NCBI GenBank assembly: GCA_053919585.1
Contig: CM132783.1
Reading direction: 5' to 3' (one strand)
DNA length: 64,000 nucleotides
Source: Euprymna scolopes
Lineage: Eukaryota
The position numbers and the translations under genes are program-made. The notes beneath the pieces are model-generated. The model worked only from the letters and a program-made list of their open reading frames with translations. It did no database searches and was not told the origin of the DNA. Each line of letters begins with the position of its first letter. Position 1 is the stretch's first letter. Of this stretch, positions 1-12,300 are shown one piece after another.

Positions 1-2850
1 TGTACTCTGTCAAGGCAGGATAGGCTTTTTTTAGCAGCTCCTGCCCAGATATGGCAGCAATACTCCATCCTTGGACGTAATTGGCTTTTATATAGATAGA
101 GAATTGCATCAGTAGTGAGATATCTTCTGGAGCGGTAGAAGGATCCCACCATCTTTCCAGCGACCTTGGCAACAGACTTGATGTACGTGTTCCATTTCAG
201 ATTAGGAGTAAAGGTCAAGCCCAATAGCTTGTCAAAACACGGGGCCTCACCCAGATGAGAGCCATCCATCACAATTGATGCCAGATGGGGATCAGAGCGT
301 TGATGATGTAAGGATAGGAGTTTGGTTTTGGATGCATTAAATGTAACCAGCCACGTCTTCCCCCATTGTACCACGCGATCGAGATCAGAGGAGAGAGAAT
401 CAGAGAGAACTTTGTTATTTACAGCCTTTGATGTGTTACCGTAGATGGTCGTGTCATCAGCATAGGTGTCAACGAATAATTTAAGTATTTGTTTAGGGAG
501 ATCATTGATGTAGATCAGAAAGAGAGTTGGGACTCCAGCATTAATACTGCAGGCCTCTGATTTTTGTCCATCGACCACTACTCTTATGAGCCTATCAAAG
601 AGAAATGATTTAATGATAGAGAAAACATTTCCAGTTATACCGTAGCTGGAAATCTTGTGAAGTAGACCTTTATGCCATACCTTGTCAAAGGCCTTTGATA
701 TGTAAAGAGCAATTGCCCTGAAAAGGAAACCTTTGTCAAGAGATTCACTAATCCTATGAGATATAACCGTTACCACATATGCGGTAGATCTTGCAGAACG
801 CAAACCATATTGCGTGTCACTAAGAAGGTTATTTCTGCTGAGGGGGTTGACTATTTCTCTATTTAATATGGATTCTAGCAACTTATTCATGACACACAGG
901 AGACTTATTGGTCTGTACTGAGAGGGAGATGACTTATCACCTGAATTCTTAAATACAGGGCATACTGATAAGATTTTCCAGGGTGTTGGAAAGCACTTCT
1001 CCTTAAGGCAACGCTTAAAGAGTTTCGTAAAAGCAAGTTCTGGTTGAAGCTTTTTTAGCATTGTAATTGGGATGCCGTCAGGGCCAGTTGCTTTACTGGA
1101 ATCAAGGTTCTTGATTAGCTTGGCGACCTCATGCACGGATATTTGTATGTTACCTAGCGTGTTCTGTGTTATAGGGGGAAATATGGGGGGGTTGATGGCC
1201 TTCGTCTCATAGGGTAGAATTAGCTACAAAGTTCTTGGCAAATAGTTTGGCCTTGTCTGATACAGACGAGATGACCTCTGGTCCATTGATAATGGTTGGG
1301 ATAGAACGCACACTTCTGTTCAGGATCCTATTTGTTATTTTGGTAGGAACCAAGCCGCTGATCAGCTACTTTGGATTTAAGAGACTGGGCATATAGCTCT
1401 CTTGCATTTTTTATTACTCTTTTACAGTTGTTGCTGGCGATCCTGAAAGCAGCTTTAGTCTCAGTGCATCTATTACGTTGGTAGCTGTGGAAAAAGTGAT
1501 TTCTGTGCGCGATGGCAGCAGCACATTCTGGGGAGAACCATGGCTGGCTGTTAGTCTTTTGTTGGAATTTTTTAGATGATATGAATCGATCTATGCCTAC
1601 AATTAACCATTCGGTCAGGTCTGATGCTATAGAGGACACATCCTTTTTAAACATGGAATGCAGAGGTGGATCAGATATGAATGTACGGAAGCTATCCCAG
1701 TCAGCCATAGAGTATCGGTATACAGTATGGTGGAGGGGTACGTCTGGGGACTTAATACATTTCATTTTTATCTTTACTGATACGACGGAGTGGTCGGAGG
1801 ATCCTAGAGGAGAAAGAACGGAACATGAACATAGCTCAGGGGAAGTTGAGATAAAAAGGTCTAGGAGGCTTGCATATTAGCCTGTAGTATCGGGCACACG
1901 GCTGGGCTCGCGAACAATCTGAGTGAGGTCATAAGCAATGGCAAAATCACGACAGAACCTCCCCTAATCGTCTGTCTTATTTGAGTGGATCAGCCATTCC
2001 ACGTTTTGGACGTTGAAGTCACCACAGATGTGGATGTTAGCCGAGGGATGTGCAAACAGGATGTGGTCTATTTTCTCAGATATACTCTTAAAGATAGTAA
2101 CTCCGCTGTTATGGGGACGATAGAGGGCAAATATAAATGCAGTGGTGTAAGCAATTGCAACCCGGAAGCACATATAAGGTAAATTAGGATCTTCTCTAGA
2201 GATATCCCTGCCACACGGGAAGCCACCTTTAATGTAGGCACATATTCCATGCCCATGGCGATCTTTGGGGTCAGATTTAGATGTTAAGTTAGAGTATCCG
2301 TTAATTATGAACTCATCTAGGATAGTGGTCAGCCCTATTCCAGTTTCGCTTAGAAAGAATATGTCCGGTTTCGTTTCCTGTAATTGGATTTCAACCTCTG
2401 GAAGGTTGGAACGTAGACCCCTGATGTTGGAGAAGGAGACATGGTAGTAGGGGTCTACGTTGGAAGATGGGGTTCTAAGTTTATTCGAGTTTTTTTTTCT
2501 GGAGATATTTCATGTTGAGGTTTTGGGATTTGTGGAACAGGTCGGCATACTTGGTTAGAGCAGGATAGAGTAAGAGAGAAAGGGACAGGAATTTTTTATG
2601 TAGCACATGATAAGGTAAAGCCGTAACAATTACCCACTAGTATGGCATCGAGAGGCCCCACCAGAGACTACTGCCTGGTCCAGAATCCATTCACCAAATG
2701 GCAATACAGCAGTCCCAGTACTTTACGCCTGCTGATAATACAGCCTCCTTAGGTGGTTAATCCAAGGTTCTGGTCCCTGACTATCAGGCGGATAACGTCT
2801 ACCCAGACAAAACGTTTATCTCCAGCACCCTTACTAGTGACATGGCCACA
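1..2850 (-). mobile_element. CR1/L2-group (Crack/Daphne-like) LINE with decayed APE endonuclease + reverse transcriptase ORF; runs off the window start
   Basis: Minus-strand translation gives APE motifs SFSNIRGLRSN...DIFFLSET (~2345-2440), ICGDFNV (~2010-2030) and SDH (~1785-1795). RT motifs are ALYISKAFDKVWHKGLL (~660-712), PTLFLIYIND (~500-530) and DTYADDTTIY (~441-470). The start ATG at 2513 is out of frame after an A9 run. There are stops and a deletion of the QGSILG motif. The 5' UTR boundary (~2850) is approximate. Confidence 0.9.
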
Positions 2851-4595
2851 AGGATAGACATAGAGACAGAAACATTTCCAACATCTCAGACTACTGTTCA
2901 CTAAGTACTACCGACCTGGAAAGCAGCTTTTTCTTCGCCCTTTGTCAGAAAAATTACTCATTTGAATGAGGACTGAGGGACTAAAAAGGAGAAGTGAGAG
3001 TTACTGGAGCTGCCGATAAAACATCCAGTGTATTATCTACTCTCCAGAAAGTATCTTGCAAGGTCTGCTACTTCATTTAAAAGGCCCTGTAGGAAACTCC
3101 TCTCCAGGAACCGATGCGCAAGCCAACCAACTTTACGCGGTTAATTTTGGTCCCTGTTATCGTTTTATACATCCTGATCTCTACACCGACGACGCTAATA
3201 TCGGAATTGCTCGTCACAAGCACTGCCAAATCGTCGGCATAGACAGAATATTTCAGCACGATGTTAGCACCGGGTAAAGAAATACCCCGTGGGACTGAAT
3301 TCACCCTAAGCCGACGAGGAAGAGTTCCAGCGCCAGTACATTGAGCATTGGTGATTAGGGACAACACTGACGAATGGATCTAGACAAGCTAAAGGGGCTT
3401 CGATTTTTTTCGTTTCACTTCTATCACACGGCGGGATTTGCATAAAGGAGGTGAACCCATGAGCAAAATTGCGGGTCAAAAAACAGCCTCAAGGTACCAA
3501 TGGCCAACCCTGTTAAATGCTTTGGACTGATCTAAATTGATCAGCGCGGCATCAGTGTCGACTTTCTTAATGATCAAGCGCACCGAATGCAGGTTGTCCT
3601 GGATTGTCCTTCGCTTCACTGCACATGTTTGCTCGGGGCTGATAAGGCTAGCCAGGACAAGTTACAAGCGATTCGTTAAGATCTTGGACAAAATCTTTAA
3701 CTCTGCGTTAAACATTGTTAAGTACCCAAAATTATCCACCCCATCCCCACCATCGTTGTTTTTATATAATCATGGCTTACACTTCTAGAGGTTATGGGCC
3801 CAGCGTTAATTAATTCGATTCGTCAGTTCCAAGCAGCATCGTTTATAAATAGAACCTCCCGGCTGTGCGGGATCATACCCCATTGTAGTGCAAAAATATT
3901 GTAACAAGCTTCACAATGCCATTGAAAAAATACTTGAGTATTGAGCCGTTCCTAAACCATGAGTTAAATAAAACTGTCAGCAAGAGAACAAAGATGTGCG
4001 AAATCCTCAAATACAAGTCATATGACGGATCATCAAACCCCGGAGACTTGTTTAGGCCGACCCGCTTGAAGGGTTCAATGGCCCCATTCGTTATGTTACC
4101 GTCGCACCTAGCTGCTACAGTCGATGAAAGCTAAGTAATTTAGCCTAATAGGTGTCGAATTGTTCTAAAGACAGACCGGGATCTCTAATAAAAAGTTTCT
4201 GGTAATAGGATCTAAATGCCTTCCGCACACCAGCTTTGTGGTCACGGTTCGTCCATCCGGCAATGTAACACAAGAGACGAGCTTTACTGCAGCATGGCGA
4301 CGTTCCTCTGCGCGAAATTCAGCGACCATGTTTGTTACCTCCTGAGGCATTTTTTAACCTTGCCCTAATCGTTTACGCTTGGTTCTCATCAGTAATGGAG
4401 GCCAGCTTAGCCATAACTATATTAACCTTAGCACTATCTCCCGCCTCCACCGCCCGATCTAATCAAGTTTCTAGTGCCGATTTTTCTGCCCTAGTTTCTA
4501 GATTGAGTCGTCTACTTAAGTCGACAGATTTCTTTATTTCAACCCAACACATATTCTCAATTACAGCCCCCGTCAATTCCCGCTCCAAAGTTAGT

Positions 4596-4876
4596 GGTCC
4601 TGGATATGACCTTAAACTATATCCGATGGTGAGGCCCAGCTTGCGGGCTTTGGAGAGTGTGGAGCCACACTTTAATTGCTATTGCTCCCAGGTCCACTCT
4701 GACCCGGAGTGGTAGTACCTGTTAGGTTCCCAACTATGGGTTGAATAGAAACCGACTTGAAAAAATATATATATTCTATTAAAAAAAATTCTTAAAAATC
4801 ACTGGATTCGGCATTAAATAACCTGAAAAGGGTTGATATGCCGTAAAACAAAAACAAACAAACCAAACCAACCAAG
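4596..4876 (+). mobile_element. 5'-truncated copy of a SINE-like non-autonomous retroposon
   Basis: Aligns with 5254-5528. It has a perfect 10-bp TSD CAAAGTTAGT (4586-4595 and 4877-4886) and an (AAAC/AACC)n tail. Confidence 0.9.
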
Positions 4877-5184
4877 CAAAGTTAGTAATAGCTCATTACT
4901 GTAGCCCTTCATATCGAACAACGATGTGTTGAGTTTCTAGTAACCAGCCCACCTAGGCTTAGATCTATCTAAGTTTACCTGGACCCGAACAAGTCCATGA
5001 TCAGAATAAATTATATTATGAAAACTTGGACATTCTTATAGTTCTACGTCGACTCGCCTAGTTAAGAACGGGTCTATATAACTCGAAAGTTGTATTGTAG
5101 CGGAGTGCGTTTACCAATCCAAGTCCAAACTATGTCACGGGGCTTTTCATTTCAGAATTTATCAATAAGGTCCAACTTATCAAC

Positions 5185-5528
5185 CGGCCCTGTCGGTGGG
5201 GCATTAGAATACGCCGACTGCCCCCCTGCAGCGGGTAAAAGTCCCTCAATGGGGGTCCTGGATATGACCTTAAACTATATCCAGTGGTGAGGCCCCAGCT
5301 TGTGGGCTTTGGGGAGTGTGGAGCCACCCTTTAATTACCATTGCTCCCAGGTCCACTCTGACCCGGAGTGGTAGTACCTGTTAGGTTCCAACTATGGGTT
5401 GAATAGAAACCGACTTTAAAACAACAAATATATTCTATTAAAAAAATTTCTTCAAAATTGTTTGATTCGGCATTAAATAACCCGAAAAGGGTTGATATGC
5501 CGTAAAACAAAAACAACCAGCCAACCAA
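5185..5528 (+). mobile_element. Apparently full-length SINE-like non-autonomous retroposon with a structured, non-tRNA head
   Basis: 13-bp TSD with one mismatch, CCAACT(T/C)ATCAAC (5172-5184 and 5529-5541). The 3' end has a stem-loop CGGCAT...AACCC/GGGTT...ATGCCG followed by a (CAAC)n tail. A second copy lies at 4596-4876. Confidence 0.88.
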
Positions 5529-6324
5529 CCAACTCATCAACAAATTCACAAAATGCAATAGCATCCCAATTATTGTTATTACCACTATTAGTTAACCTAA
5601 AACGATCTAAATCAGGATCTAGGACCGCGTTCTGGTCTCCCGCTAAGGTAACCCTTCGAGAAGTATTTATGAATTGCTTAATAAACCCCAATAGGGTGGA
5701 ATTATTTCTCTTTTATGGTAACATCTAGAACGCATAACCTACCTTCCGGATCCATGAACAGGATGTTACACGACACATGTTACGATGTTACACGACGTTA
5801 CACGACGCGTCTAGTGATCTTTTTACTCGCCAAGAAACAAGTCTATCGCGAGAATCAAAGTACGCTGAATAAGAACAATAATTCTTAGAAAACACACTCA
5901 AATTGTCACTAAAATTAGACTTGTCTCTTGCATACAACAGATATCAACCCTAAGACGCTGAAGATCTACACTCAAACGACATTTGCGCGAGTCAGCCCTC
6001 AGTCCTCGAACATTAAAACTAGCCAGATAGATAGTTATTGTGCACCTTGGGTTGATAACCAGTAAGGAACATATTTGATGTAACAATGCCTACAGATCTC
6101 AAGATTGAATTTGTGTCCATCGTAGTGTGCTGAGCCGTTCACGCGAGATACCGCCGACATTCAAAGGATAGGTTCGTTTGTCTATCCTGTAAATGGATGG
6201 GTGTAACTTACCTGGAACCTGCCCACCACAACTTCATTTTCAGACTTTTTTATATTAGAATCTCTGAATACATTTTGTCCAGCGGCCAGGTTAAGAGTTT
6301 TTAGTTATTGAACACAAGTTTTAC

Positions 6325-9300
6325 TTTTTGCTGCTTTGTATTTTTGATGGTTTGTATTTTTGGTGCTTTGTATTTTTGTTGCTTTGTATTTTGTTGCTTT
6401 GTATTTTTGATGCTTTGTATTTTTGTTACTTTGAATTTTTGCTGCTTTGTATTTTTGATGCTTTGTATTTTTGTTGCTTTGTATTTTTGATGCTTTGTAT
6501 TTTTGTTGCTTTGTATTTTTGATGCTTTGTATTTTTGTTGCTTTGAATTTTTGCTGCTTTGTATTTTTGATGCTTTGTATTTTTGTTGCTTTGTATTTTT
6601 GATGCTTTGTATTTTTGTTGCTTTGTATTTTTGTTGCTTTGTATTTTTGTTGCTTTGTATTTTTGATGCTTTGTATTTTTGTTGCTTTGTATTTTTGTTG
6701 CTTTGTATTTTTGTTGCTTTGTATTTTTGATGCTTTGTATTTTTGTTGCTTTGAATTTTTGATGCTTTGTATTTTTGATGCTTTGTATTTTTGTTGCTTT
6801 GTATTTTTGATGCTTTGTATTTTTGATGCTTTGTATTTTTCTTGAGTTGTATTTTTCTTGCTTTGTATTTTTGATGCTTTGTATTTTTGTTGCTTTGTAT
6901 TTTTGCTGCTTTGTATTTTTGTTGCTTTGTATTTTTGATGCTTTGTATTTTTGTTGCTTTGTATTTTTGTTGCTTTGTATTTTTGTTGCTTTGAATTTTT
7001 GCTGCTTTGTATTTTTGATGCTTTGTATTTTTGTTGCTTTGTATTTTTGTTGCTTTGTATTTTTGTTGCTTTGTATTTTTGATGCTTTGTATTTTTGATG
7101 CTTTGTATCTTTGTTGCTTTGTATTTTTGTTACTTTGTATTTTTGTTGCTTTGTATTTTTGATGCTTTGTATCTTTGTTGCTTTGTATTTTTGATGCTTT
7201 GTATTTTTGTTGCTTTGTATTTTGTTGCTTTGTATTTTTGATGCTTTGTATTTTTGTTGCTTTGTATTTTTGATGCTTTGTATCTTTGTTGCTTTGTATT
7301 TTTGTTGCTTTGTATTTTTGATGCATTGTATTTTTGATGCTTTGTATCTTTGTTGCTTTGTATTTTTGATGCTTTGTATTTTTGTTGCTTTGTATTTTTG
7401 ATGCTTTGTATTTTTGATGCTTTGTATTTTTGTTGCTTTGTATTTTTGATGCTTTGTATTTTTGTTGCTTTGTATTTTTGTTACTTTGAATTTTTGCTGC
7501 TTTGTATTTTTGATGCTTTGTATTTTTGTTGCTTTGTATTTTTGTTGCTTTGTATTTTTGATGCTTTGTATTTTTGTTGCTTTGTATTTTTGATGCTTTG
7601 TATTTTTGATGCTTTGTATTTTTGTTGCTTTGTATTTTTGTTGCTTTGAATTTTTGTTGCTTTGTATTTTTGATGCTTTGTATTTTTGTTGCTTTGTATT
7701 TTTGATGCTTTGTATTTTTCTTGAGTTGTATTTTTCTTGCTTTGTATTTTTGATGCTTTGTATTTTTGATGCTTTGTATTTTGTTGCTTTGTATTTTTGT
7801 TGCTTTGTATTTTTGATGCTTTGTATTTTTGTTGCTTTGTATTTTTGATGCTTTTTTTTTAGTTGCTTTGTATTTTTTGTTGCTTTGTATTTTTGATGCT
7901 TTGTATTTTTGTTGCTTTGTATTTTTGATGCTTTGTATTTTTGATGCTTTGTATTTTTGTTGCTTTGTATTTTTGATGCTTTGTATTTTTGTTGCTTTGT
8001 ATTTTTGATGCTTTGTATTTTGGTTGCTTTGTATTTTTGCTGCTCTGTATTTTTGATGGTTTGTATTTTTGGTGCTTTGTATTTTTGTTGCTTTGTATTT
8101 TTGATGCTTTGTATTTTTGTTGCTTTGTATTTTTGATGCTTTGTATTTTTGGTGCTTTGTATTTTTGGTGCTTTGTATTTTTGATGCTTTGTATTTTTGT
8201 TGCTTTGTATTTTTGATGCTTTATATTTTTGTTGCTTTGTATTTTTGATGCTTTGTATTTTTGTTGCTTTGTATTTTTGGTGCTTTGTATTTTTGGTGCT
8301 TTGTATTTTTGATGCTTTGTATTTTTATTGCTTTGTATTTATGATGCTTTGTATTTTTGTTGCTTTGTATTTTTGCTACTTTGAATTTTCGTTGCTTTGT
8401 ATTTTTGGTGCTTTGTATTTTTGATGCTTTGTATTTTTGTTGCTTTGTATTTTTGATGCATTGTATTTTTGTTGCTTTGTATTTTTGGTGCTTTGTATTT
8501 TTGATGCTTTATATTTTTGTTGCTTTGTATTTTTGATGCTTTGTATTTTTGTTGCTTTGTATTTTTGGTGCTTTGTATTTTTGTTGCTTTGTATTTTTGA
8601 TGCTTTGTATTTTTGCTGCTTTGTATTTTTCTTGCTTTGTATTTTTGCTACTTTGAATTTTTGTTGCTTTGTATTTTTGTTTCTTTGTATTTTTGATGCT
8701 TTGTACTTTTGTTGCTTTGTATTTTTGATGCTTTGTATTTTTGTTGCTTTGTATTTTTGGTGCTTTGTATTTTTGGTGCTTTGTATTTTTGATGCTTTGT
8801 ATTTTTGTTGCTTTGTATTTTTGATGCTTTATATTTTTGTTGCTTTGTATTTTTGATGCTTTGTATTTTTGTTGCTTTGTATTTTTGGTGCTTTGTATTT
8901 TTGGTGTTTAGTATTTTTGATGCTTTGTATTTTTGCTGCTTTGTATTTTTCTTGCTTTGTATTTTTGCTACTTTGAATTTTTGTTGCTTTGTATTTTTGG
9001 TGCTTTGTATTTTTGATGCTTTGTATTTTTGTTGCTTTGTATTTTTGTTGCTTTGTATTTTTGATGCTTTGTATTTTTGTTGCTTTGTATTTTTGATGCT
9101 TTGTATTTTTGTTGCTTTGTATTTTTGTTGCTTTGTATTTTTGTTGCTTTGAATTTTTGCTGCTTTGTATTTTTGATGCTTTGTATTTTTGTTGCTTTGT
9201 ATTTTTGTTGCTTTGTATTTTTGTTGCTTTGTATTTTTGATGCTTTGTATCTTTGTTGCTTTGTATTTTTGTTACTTTGTATTTTTGTTGCTTTGTATTT

Positions 9301-12300
9301 TTGATGCTTTGTATCTTTGTTGCTTTGTATTTTTGATGCTTTGTATTTTTGTTGCTTTGTATTTTGTTGCTTTGTATTTTTGATGCTGTGTATTTTTGTT
9401 GCTTCGTATTTTTGATGCTTTGTATCTTTGTTGCTTTGTATTTTTGTATTTTTGATGCTTTGTATTTTTGTTGCTTTGTATTTTTGTTGCTTTGAATTTT
9501 TGTTGCTTTGTATTTTTGATGCTTTGTATTTTTGTTGCTTTGTATTTTTGATGCTTTGTATTTTTCTTGAGTTGTATTTTTCTTGCTTTGTATTTTTGAT
9601 GCTTTGTATTTTTGATGCTTTGTATTTTGTTGCTTTGTATTTTTGTTGCTTTGTATTTTTGATGCTTTGTATTTTTGTTGCTTTGTATTTTTGTTGCTTT
9701 GTATTTTTGATGCTTTGTATTTTTGTTGCTTTGTATTTTTGATGCTTTGTATTTTTGTTGCTTTGAATTTTTGCTGCTTTGTATTTTTGGTGCTTTGTAT
9801 TTTTGGTGCTTTGTATTTTTGATGCTTTGTATTTTTGTTGCTTTGTATTTTTGATGCTTTGTATTTTTGGTGCTTTGTATTTTTGGTGCTTTGTATTTTT
9901 GATGCTTTGTATTTTTGTTGCTTTGTATTTTTGATGCTTTATATTTTTGTTGCTTTGTATTTTTGATGCTTTGTATTTTTGTTGCTTTGTATTTTTGGTG
10001 CTTTGTATTTTTGGTGCTTTGTATTTTTGTTGCTTTGTATTTTTGATGCTTTGTATTTTTGTTGCTTTGAATTTTTGATGCTTTGTATTTTTGATGCTTT
10101 GTATTTTTGTTGCTTTGTATTTTTGATGCTTTGTATTTTTGATGCTTTGTATTTTTGTTGCTTTGTATTTTTGATGCTTTGTATTTTTGATGCTTTGTAT
10201 TTTTCTTGAGTTGTATTTTTCTTGCTTTGTATTTTTGATGCTTTGTATTTTTGTTGCTTTGTATTTTTGCTGCTTTGTATTTTTGTTGCTTTGTATTTTT
10301 GATGCTTTGTATTTTTGTTGCTTTGTATTTTTGTTGCTTTGTATTTTTGTTGCTTTGAATTTTTGCTGCTTTGTATTTTTGATGCTTTGTATTTTTGTTG
10401 CTTTGTATTTTTGTTGCTTTGTATTTTTGTTGCTTTGTATTTTTGATGCTTTGTATTTTTGATGCTTTGTATCTTTGTTGCTTTGTATTTTTGTTACTTT
10501 GTATTTTTGTTGCTTTGTATTTTTGATGCTTTGTATCTTTGTTGCTTTGTATTTTTGATGCTTTGTATTTTTGTTGCTTTGTATTTTGTTGCTTTGTATT
10601 TTTGATGCTTTGTATTTTTGTTGCTTTGTATTTTTGATGCTTTGTATCTTTGTTGCTTTGTATTTTTGTTGCTTTGTATTTTTGATGCATTGTATTTTTG
10701 ATGCTTTGTATCTTTGTTGCTTTGTATTTTTGATGCTTTGTATTTTTGTTGCTTTGTATTTTTGATGCTTTGTATTTTTGATGCTTTGTATTTTTGTTGC
10801 TTTGTATTTTTGATGCTTTGTATTTTTGTTGCTTTGTATTTTTGTTACTTTGAATTTTTGCTGCTTTGTATTTTTGATGCTTTGTATTTTTGTTGCTTTG
10901 TATTTTTGTTGCTTTGTATTTTTGATGCTTTGTATTTTTGTTGCTTTGTATTTTTGATGCTTTGTATTTTTGATGCTTTGTATTTTTGTTGCTTTGTATT
11001 TTTGTTGCTTTGAATTTTTGTTGCTTTGTATTTTTGATGCTTTGTATTTTTGTTGCTTTGTATTTTTGATGCTTTGTATTTTTGTTGCTTTGTATTTTTG
11101 TTACTTTGAATTTTTGCTGCTTTGTATTTTTGATGCTTTGTATTTTTGTTGCTTTGTATTTTTGTTGCTTTGTATTTTTGATGCTTTGTATTTTTGTTGC
11201 TTTGTATTTTTGATGCTTTGTATTTTTGATGCTTTGTATTTTTGATGCTTTGTATTTTGTTGCTTTGTATTTTTGTTGCTTTGTATTTTTGATGCTTTGT
11301 ATTTTTGTTGCTTTGTATTTTTGATGCTTTTTTTTTAGTTGCTTTGTATTTTTTGTTGCTTTGTATTTTTGATGCTTTGTATTTTTGTTGCTTTGTATTT
11401 TTGATGCTTTGTATTTTTGATGCTTTGTATTTTTGTTGCTTTGTATTTTTGATGCTTTGTATTTTTGTTGCTTTGTATTTTTGATGCTTTGTATTTTGGT
11501 TGCTTTGTATTTTTGCTGCTCTGTATTTTTGATGGTTTGTATTTTTGGTGCTTTGTATTTTTGTTGCTTTGTATTTTTGATGCTTTGTATTTTTGTTGCT
11601 TTGTATTTTTGATGCTTTGTATTTTTGGTGCTTTGTATTTTTGGTGCTTTGTATTTTTGATGCTTTGTATTTTTGTTGCTTTGTATTTTTGATGCTTTAT
11701 ATTTTTGTTGCTTTGTATTTTTGATGCTTTGTATTTTTGTTGCTTTGTATTTTTGGTGCTTTGTATTTTTGGTGCTTTGTATTTTTGATGCTTTGTATTT
11801 TTATTGCTTTGTATTTATGATGCTTTGTATTTTTGTTGCTTTGTATTTTTGCTACTTTGAATTTTCGTTGCTTTGTATTTTTGGTGCTTTGTATTTTTGA
11901 TGCTTTGTATTTTTGTTGCTTTGTATTTTTGATGCATTGTATTTTTGTTGCTTTGTATTTTTGGTGCTTTGTATTTTTGATGCTTTATATTTTTGTTGCT
12001 TTGTATTTTTGATGCTTTGTATTTTTGTTGCTTTGTATTTTTGGTGCTTTGTATTTTTGTTGCTTTGTATTTTTGATGCTTTGTATTTTTGCTGCTTTGT
12101 ATTTTTCTTGCTTTGTATTTTTGCTACTTTGAATTTTTGTTGCTTTGTATTTTTGTTTCTTTGTATTTTTGATGCTTTGTACTTTTGTTGCTTTGTATTT
12201 TTGATGCTTTGTATTTTTGTTGCTTTGTATTTTTGGTGCTTTGTATTTTTGGTGCTTTGTATTTTTGATGCTTTGTATTTTTGTTGCTTTGTATTTTTGA

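Larger units (their letters stand above)
3077..6090 (-). mobile_element. L1/Tx1-type LINE remnant (APE + RT), heavily decayed and interrupted by two SINE-like insertions
   Basis: Motifs read in order on the minus strand: LASFNVRGLR...DICCMQET (5898-6086 ORF), VTLAGDQNAVLDP (5473-5691 ORF), KSPGFD (~4030-4050), INLDQSKAFNRVGH (~3500-3545), SVYADDLAVLV (3077-3367 ORF). The DQxKAFDRV-type motif is typical of the L1/Tx1 clade. Confidence 0.82.
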
